A DNA stretch of 62,506 nt, the filler included, from an uncultured Chlamydiae bacterium (lineage in GTDB: Bacteria > Chlamydiota > Chlamydiia > Chlamydiales > SM23-39), in NCBI GenBank assembly GCA_937899275.1. It is 2 parts of 2 records of this genome, joined end to end, with 100 filler letters (N's around TTAATTAATTAA, not from the genome) between each part and the next. Parts side by side here need not be neighbours in the genome. Positions count along the whole stretch, not along the records: positions 31,337 to 62,506 come from CALBPE010000105.1; 1 more part is not named here. The stretch is one strand, 5' to 3'. The notes below the pieces were generated by a model, which was not told the origin of the DNA, did not search any database, and saw only the letters and a program-made list of their open reading frames with translations. Each line of letters begins with the position of its first letter. Within the stretch, counting starts at the first letter, position 1. The translations under genes were made by a program, and so were the position numbers. Positions 57,055-62,506 of the stretch are shown piece after piece.

Positions 57055-59193
57055 TCAACTAGGCGGACCGACTAGTTTTTTCTCAGGGTACTTGATCCGA
57101 ACATGATGGGTAATCAATAGCGTTTCTATTAGAACGCGTTTGATTTTTCCCAGCTCTTCAAATGTCAACAAACACGCATCTAACTGTCCATCATCTACTC
57201 TTCTTTTGACTAATCGATCTACAAGCTCAGTGATCGACTCTTCGGAAAATTCTTCTAAAGAACGGGACGCTGCCTCAACAGTATCTGCGATCATAATGAT
57301 AGCAGATTCCTTGGTATGAGGTTTAGGCCCTGGATAACGAAAACATCGCTCTTCAACCTCTTCGGGATGCCCCCCCTTAAGCTCTAATTCTTTGCAGTAA
57401 AAAAAATAGGCCAGTGTTGTTCCATGATGCTCTTTGATTACATCAATAAACGAAGGAGGAAGGCGGTATTTTCTTGCAATAGCTTCTCCATCTTTGACGT
57501 GGGCAATGATCACCTCGGCAGATTCTTTTGGGGTAAGCAATTGATGGATATTGACCCCCATGGGCTGATTTTCTGTAAAAAACTGGGGGTTATTCAGCTT
57601 ACCGATATCGTGATAAAGCGTAGCTACCCTGCAAAATAGTCCATCTGCTCCAATAGACTGCGCCATGGCTTCTGCAAGATTTCCTAAAACTAGACAGTGC
57701 TGGTATGTTCCTGGAATTTCCATGGCAAGCCTTCGGATCAGCTCATTATTTGGATCCATATATTCCATAAGCGACATATCAGTCATTACTTTAAATAGGG
57801 ATTCTAAAACAGGCAAAAGGCCTACTACTAAAATAGCGGAAGCAGCGATGAAAAGGCAGGTGAAACCGAGGTCTGCACTTAAAGAAGAGCTCCAAATGCG
57901 GTTATTCATAAACGCAAAGGCAAATAAAATCGGTACTACGCTGAAATACACTTTTGCCGATACAAAAAAGACCTCTTTTCTTTTTCTTAGGGATCTTGCT
58001 GTAACCACTACAACTAAGGCAGCTACAATATTTAGAACTAAAAAACGGGTGTGTTCCACTACTAAACCCATCGACAAGATGATCGATAAAAAAGAAGAGG
58101 CAAAAAGGGCGACATCTGCACTGAGAAAAATGGCAATTAACATCGTAGCAAAAGGTAAAATCACCGGGTAACGCATGAGATTAAAATACTCTAACGTATT
58201 GCCTAAGATAATCCATTCGGTAACTTTTGCAAATAGCAACATCGAACTGATAATGAACAAAAGCAGCATTAGCTTTTGTAAAGAAGCCATCACATCTTTT
58301 TTATACAAATGGAGATACAAGGTAGACAGCACTACAAAAATCAGCGCTAAAATCAGCGAAGAAAAAATCGGTAACGGCTCCCAAAGCATCCGGTCTTCAT
58401 TGAGCTGTTTTTTCATGGCTTGCAGCATCGCAAGGTGTCTTGATGTGACTGTTTCACCTTGGTCGATGATTTTTGTTCCCGCCCGCACTCGGGTGAATTT
58501 TTCTGGCACGCTATTTTGTACAATCTGCCTTAATTCACTCATCTGGGAGCGGTCTTCCAAAAGATCCCAGCTTTTTTCCTGAAAAAATGCAATCACATAA
58601 AGCAACATACCGCTAGATGCTATTTCTAAACGGGACGTATTTTCATAGATTTTTTGCCAAATACTATCGGGAAAAGTATACGGAGGCTTTAATGCGCTAG
58701 GCACATACACCTCGATATACGTTGTAGAAAGACCAAGTTCTCGGATTTTTTGCAGGGTTCTTATGTCGGTAAAACGGGTTTCCATCAACACATCTTCAAA
58801 CGCATCGGTTGCTTTATATAACTCTTCAAAATTAAATTCTTCGGGGAATTGCCCCTTTTGACGCGCTTGGATAATAAAGCGCTCAAAAGCAAAACGGGTG
58901 TCCACAATGGCGCTTGGGTTGATCCGGTATACCGGTCCAATTTCCCGCACCGCCTCTTGTTGCAAAAGAAGGGTAGATGCCGAGTCTGGAAAGGTAAAAT
59001 CTACTTGGCTGATCAAAAACCTGGGAGCAAGATCTCCAAGGTCTAAATTATCGACTTTCGCTTCACGAAAATGCAAAAAAGCGGCAAGTAATAAGGTAAA
59101 AAAACCTCCGATAACAAGTTTATATTTTGTGTCACCTCTCGGTAAAAAAGACAGAAAGGGAAAAAAGCGTTTTTTTTCTTCTATATGTGCCAT
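57055..59193 (-). CDS. 7TM-HD (HDIG) phosphohydrolase, PgpH-like
   Basis: Extracellular domain, multiple TM helices, PGTYQH, YHDIGK, FFTENQ, EHHGT, YPGPKP, ADTVEAASR. Confidence 0.9.
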   Translation of the reverse strand: MAHIEEKKRFFPFLSFLPRGDTKYKLVIGGFFTLLLAAFLHFREAKVDNLDLGDLAPRFLISQVDFTFPDSASTLLLQQEAVREIGPVYRINPSAIVDTRFAFERFIIQARQKGQFPEEFNFEELYKATDAFEDVLMETRFTDIRTLQKIRELGLSTTYIEVYVPSALKPPYTFPDSIWQKIYENTSRLEIASSGMLLYVIAFFQEKSWDLLEDRSQMSELRQIVQNSVPEKFTRVRAGTKIIDQGETVTSRHLAMLQAMKKQLNEDRMLWEPLPIFSSLILALIFVVLSTLYLHLYKKDVMASLQKLMLLLFIISSMLLFAKVTEWIILGNTLEYFNLMRYPVILPFATMLIAIFLSADVALFASSFLSIILSMGLVVEHTRFLVLNIVAALVVVVTARSLRKRKEVFFVSAKVYFSVVPILFAFAFMNNRIWSSSLSADLGFTCLFIAASAILVVGLLPVLESLFKVMTDMSLMEYMDPNNELIRRLAMEIPGTYQHCLVLGNLAEAMAQSIGADGLFCRVATLYHDIGKLNNPQFFTENQPMGVNIHQLLTPKESAEVIIAHVKDGEAIARKYRLPPSFIDVIKEHHGTTLAYFFYCKELELKGGHPEEVEERCFRYPGPKPHTKESAIIMIADTVEAASRSLEEFSEESITELVDRLVKRRVDDGQLDACLLTFEELGKIKRVLIETLLITHHVRIKYPEKKLVGPPS

Positions 59194-59270
59194 AAAGTAC
59201 TAGGCTAAATGATTTATTTTTATCGTAATCGATTATTGATAGAATCTCAACATTCGTTTAGTCTAGGTGC

Positions 59271-60674
59271 ATGAGCACCACGGACTTTTACCAGAGTATT
59301 CCAAGGAAATTTCGTCCTAAGCGCTTTTCCCAGGTTGTAGGACAAGAAACTACGATTACAACCCTAAAAAACGCCCTAAAAGAAAATATCCTTGCTCATG
59401 CGTATCTTTTTGCAGGCTCTAGAGGCTCTGGCAAAACTACTATTGCCCGGATTTTAGCAAAAGCTCTTTGCTGCAGTAAACCCGAGGGAATTGAGCCCTG
59501 CTGCACATGCACCAGCTGTAAGGAAATTGAACAAAGTAGATCTTTAGATGTCATTGAAATCGATGGCGCATCGAATCGAGGTATAGACGATACCCGAAGG
59601 CTCACAGAAGCAGCTCTCTACACTCCAGCAAATGGTAAATGCAAAATTTACTTGATCGATGAAGTGCATATGTTAACGAAAGAGGCTTTCAACGCTCTAT
59701 TAAAAACGCTAGAGGAGCCTCCGCCAAAAGTAAAATTTTTCCTTGCTACCACAGAGCCCCATAAAATCCTTCCTACAATTATTAGCAGATGTCAGCGCTT
59801 TGACCTAACCAAAATTGCTTCTTCGCTTATTACCGATAAACTCGCCACAATTGCTCAGATTTTGGATAGAAACGTAGCAAAAGATGCACTTTCCATCATC
59901 GCAAGTAAATCCGATGGGTCGTTAAGAGATGCTGAGTCTTTACTCGATCAGCTCCTTGCATTCAAAGGCGGCGATATTGATAAAACCTGCGCTATTCAGG
60001 CGCTCGGCCTTCCGCAAGAAAGTGATTTTCTTGCAATCGACGCCGCATTTACAAAAGAAGATTTTTCCTTCCCCTTTTCTTTTGTAGAAATGCTGTTTTC
60101 TAGAGGGCAGGATTTAAGCTATTTTCTAGAGGAGCTTTTGCTGCATTTTCGAGCGCATTTTCTCCGCGTATTATCTCAAGAAAACACTCCCTACACGAAA
60201 GAAACCCTTCTTTGGATCTTTGACTTAATTACAGAAGAAGTAGCGCATTTTTCGCAAAAACCCTCACAAAAACTCGCTTTAGAAATGCTTCTTTTGCGGA
60301 TTTTACGAGCAAAAAAGCGGGTTTCTTTAGAAACGCTTTGGCAGCGTTTAGAAGAAATCAGCCAGTTACCAGATGCCGCCTCTGCTATACACACTCCTTC
60401 TCAAAGCCCTTGTAAGCCAGATGAAAAGCAAAAAGATCCAATCGCGGAAACGGTAGAGCCTGCTATTGTACCTGTTCCTTTTTCCTTTACGAAAAAAGCA
60501 CCTGTAGAAAGCGCTTCTGAAAAAACGCCGCAATTAGAACCTCAAGAAAATCTACAAAATACATCTATTAAAAAACCTAATCCGCGCCCCCCCACATTGC
60601 AAAAACAAGTGGCCCAAGATACGCTTCTTCGCTTTGCATCGGTATTGTTTGAAGGGCGCATACAAAAAGGATAA
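59271..60674 (+). CDS. dnaX: DNA polymerase III subunit gamma/tau
   Basis: RKFRP..F..VVGQ, GSGKTT, IDEVHML, LEEPP, SRCQRF. Confidence 0.96.
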   Translation: MSTTDFYQSIPRKFRPKRFSQVVGQETTITTLKNALKENILAHAYLFAGSRGSGKTTIARILAKALCCSKPEGIEPCCTCTSCKEIEQSRSLDVIEIDGASNRGIDDTRRLTEAALYTPANGKCKIYLIDEVHMLTKEAFNALLKTLEEPPPKVKFFLATTEPHKILPTIISRCQRFDLTKIASSLITDKLATIAQILDRNVAKDALSIIASKSDGSLRDAESLLDQLLAFKGGDIDKTCAIQALGLPQESDFLAIDAAFTKEDFSFPFSFVEMLFSRGQDLSYFLEELLLHFRAHFLRVLSQENTPYTKETLLWIFDLITEEVAHFSQKPSQKLALEMLLLRILRAKKRVSLETLWQRLEEISQLPDAASAIHTPSQSPCKPDEKQKDPIAETVEPAIVPVPFSFTKKAPVESASEKTPQLEPQENLQNTSIKKPNPRPPTLQKQVAQDTLLRFASVLFEGRIQKG

Positions 60675-60680
60675 ATCGCT

Positions 60681-60962
60681 ATGGGATCTGGATACGCAAA
60701 AATGAAGAAAAAAGCCAAGCTTATGCAAGAGCAAATGGCGCAAATGAAAGAAGAGATGCAGGACCTAGAAGTAACAGCCTCTGCCGGAGGATCTCTTGTA
60801 CAGGTGACCATGAATGGAGAAAAAGAAGTCAAAAAAATCACCATTCATCCCGACTGCGTAGATAAAGAAGATATTGAAGGATTGCAAGATTTACTCATAG
60901 AAGCGCTGAAAAACGCTTCTAATCAAGTCGATGAAAAAAAACCGACTATTCCGGGGATGTAA
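60681..60962 (+). CDS. ybaB: YbaB/EbfC nucleoid-associated protein
   Basis: AGGSLVQVTMNG...EDIEGLQDL; directly downstream of dnaX. Confidence 0.93.
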   Translation: MGSGYAKMKKKAKLMQEQMAQMKEEMQDLEVTASAGGSLVQVTMNGEKEVKKITIHPDCVDKEDIEGLQDLLIEALKNASNQVDEKKPTIPGM

Positions 60963-62505
60963 CCTGCAGTTTTACGCTGCTTTCTTGCATATAGCTCGCA
61001 ACTTCAGTAGCGGTTTTTGCTGCAAGCGCTTTATCTGCAAGATTCTTTGCATACGAAAGATCTGTTTTGCGAATGGTTTCTTTAATTAAAGGAATTTCTG
61101 CTACTGAAATAGAAAATGCCCGAAACCCCAAGCCTAATAGTAAGGGGATATTTTCTGGCACAGCTCCTATCTCACCGCATAAAATCAGATCTTTTTCATA
61201 GAGATTTGCCGCATCAATTGCCATCTTACAAAGTCTTAATACACCTGGGTGATACCCTTTCGATAAACTCGTTAGACGCATATCCATTCTACTGGCAGCA
61301 AGCGTGTATTGGACAAGATCATTTGATCCTATCGATAAAAAGTCGGACTCTTCTGCAATCGAATCTGCTAAAACTGCAGCAGAAGGCACTTCAATCATAG
61401 ATCCTATAGAAATAGGGTTTGGAGAAATAGCATCTGATATCATTTCTTCTTCTGTAAGCTTTTCCGCTACAGTTCTACAGATCTTTTTGACTTCAATAAT
61501 CTCCTCTACATCCACTACCATAGGAAGTAAAATGCGCAGCTTGCCATACTTTGCAGAGCGGAGAAGCGCCCGTAACTGCGTTTCGAAAATTTCCCTGTTA
61601 TGCAGTAAAAACCGAATCCCTCTGTAGCTAGAAAAGCGGTCTTCTTTCTTGGTGATTTTATCTTCACCAATATCAAATACACGGATGGTCACGGTTTTGC
61701 CTGGTAGACACGAAAGAAGCTTTTGATAAACTGCTATTTGCTCTTCTTCAGTGGGGAATTCTTTTCGGGATAATACCAGTGACTCAGATCGAAACAATCC
61801 TAGCCCAAAAGCGCCATTTTTCTGCAATTGCCCAATTTGTTCTACGTTCTCAATATTTCCCCAAACAAACACTTCTTGTCCGTCGACTGTTTTTGTGTGT
61901 TCATGCGCTTTTTTCTGCAGCCTTCTGTCGGTTTCTATCTGGTTTTTTTGCATAGAAAAATAGACCAATTTAGTCTTTTTTGTTGGAGTGAGGATTACTT
62001 TACCAGAAAACCCATCTACAATCAGCTCTTCTATATCGGTGTACTTATCTAATTCCACACCAGCTACATAAGGAATGGATTTTGCTCTTGCAATAATAGC
62101 GCTATGAGACGAAGAGCCCCCTGCTTTTGCAATCAGTCCTTTGATATAGTTTGTATCCATTTCCGCTACAGTAGAGGGAGAAAAATCTTCTGCAATCAAA
62201 ATCGATTCGACTAAGATATGTTTTACACTCACCTTTTCTACAGGGCGCAAATGCCCTAAAACTCGGGTAGATACATCAACTACATCTCGAATACGCTCTT
62301 CGAAAAAAGCGCTTTTTCTACGATAAAACTTTTCTTTATAATCAGAAATCACCTCTAGAAAGCTCGTTTCTGCACTTTCATGAGGATTGCTACGAATTTT
62401 TTCTTCTACATCTTTTGTAATGAAAGGATCTTGCAGCATCGCAAGATGGGCATCTAAAATTTCTACTACTTCTGTATTACCATCTTCGAGCAGTGATTTT
62501 TGTAA
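60946..62505 (-). CDS. ptsI: PEP-protein phosphotransferase (PTS enzyme I), 5'-truncated by the window edge
   Basis: GGSSSHSAIIAR, GLFRSE, RGIRF, MIEVP, SIGSNDLVQY, LCGE; frame open to the window end. Confidence 0.95.
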   Translation of the reverse strand, partial: LQKSLLEDGNTEVVEILDAHLAMLQDPFITKDVEEKIRSNPHESAETSFLEVISDYKEKFYRRKSAFFEERIRDVVDVSTRVLGHLRPVEKVSVKHILVESILIAEDFSPSTVAEMDTNYIKGLIAKAGGSSSHSAIIARAKSIPYVAGVELDKYTDIEELIVDGFSGKVILTPTKKTKLVYFSMQKNQIETDRRLQKKAHEHTKTVDGQEVFVWGNIENVEQIGQLQKNGAFGLGLFRSESLVLSRKEFPTEEEQIAVYQKLLSCLPGKTVTIRVFDIGEDKITKKEDRFSSYRGIRFLLHNREIFETQLRALLRSAKYGKLRILLPMVVDVEEIIEVKKICRTVAEKLTEEEMISDAISPNPISIGSMIEVPSAAVLADSIAEESDFLSIGSNDLVQYTLAASRMDMRLTSLSKGYHPGVLRLCKMAIDAANLYEKDLILCGEIGAVPENIPLLLGLGFRAFSISVAEIPLIKETIRKTDLSYAKNLADKALAAKTATEVASYMQESSVKLQVTSPE

Positions 62506-62506
62506 G

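Overview
A 62.5 kb AT-rich bacterial chromosome segment, almost certainly from an environmental member of Chlamydiota. Support: a MurC-Ddl fusion, the dcw order murF-mraY-murD-LysM-ftsW-murG-murC/ddl, and the chlamydia-like block pgsA-glgA-tRNA(Gln)-rplY-pth-rpsF-rpsR-rplI-ispE. It is a draft assembly with an artificial 100-bp N/TTAATTAATTAA linker at 31237-31336, so the two halves need not be adjacent. Most genes are housekeeping (mutS, dnaG, GlyRS, rlmN, mnmA, htpX, map, truA, dnaX, ptsI, two tRNAs). Candidate host-directed effectors include a USP/C19-like deubiquitinase, a Hanks-type kinase with a hydrophobic C-tail, a protein ending in a J-domain-like HPD segment, and a tandem triplet of small membrane proteins that share a palindromic upstream motif. 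The most notable uncharacterised locus is a tightly coupled operon beside tRNA-Cys: nucleoside-phosphorylase-like protein, spore-photoproduct-lyase-like radical SAM enzyme and SDR, followed by a degenerate type III pantothenate kinase and a very diverged GroEL-like protein. Other oddities: a signal-peptide-bearing TreS, an alpha2-type GlyRS, an in-frame stop in pth, a possible dnaX -1 frameshift signal, and ISAs1 and IS200 remnants. All family calls come from motif recognition by eye; no database search was run.
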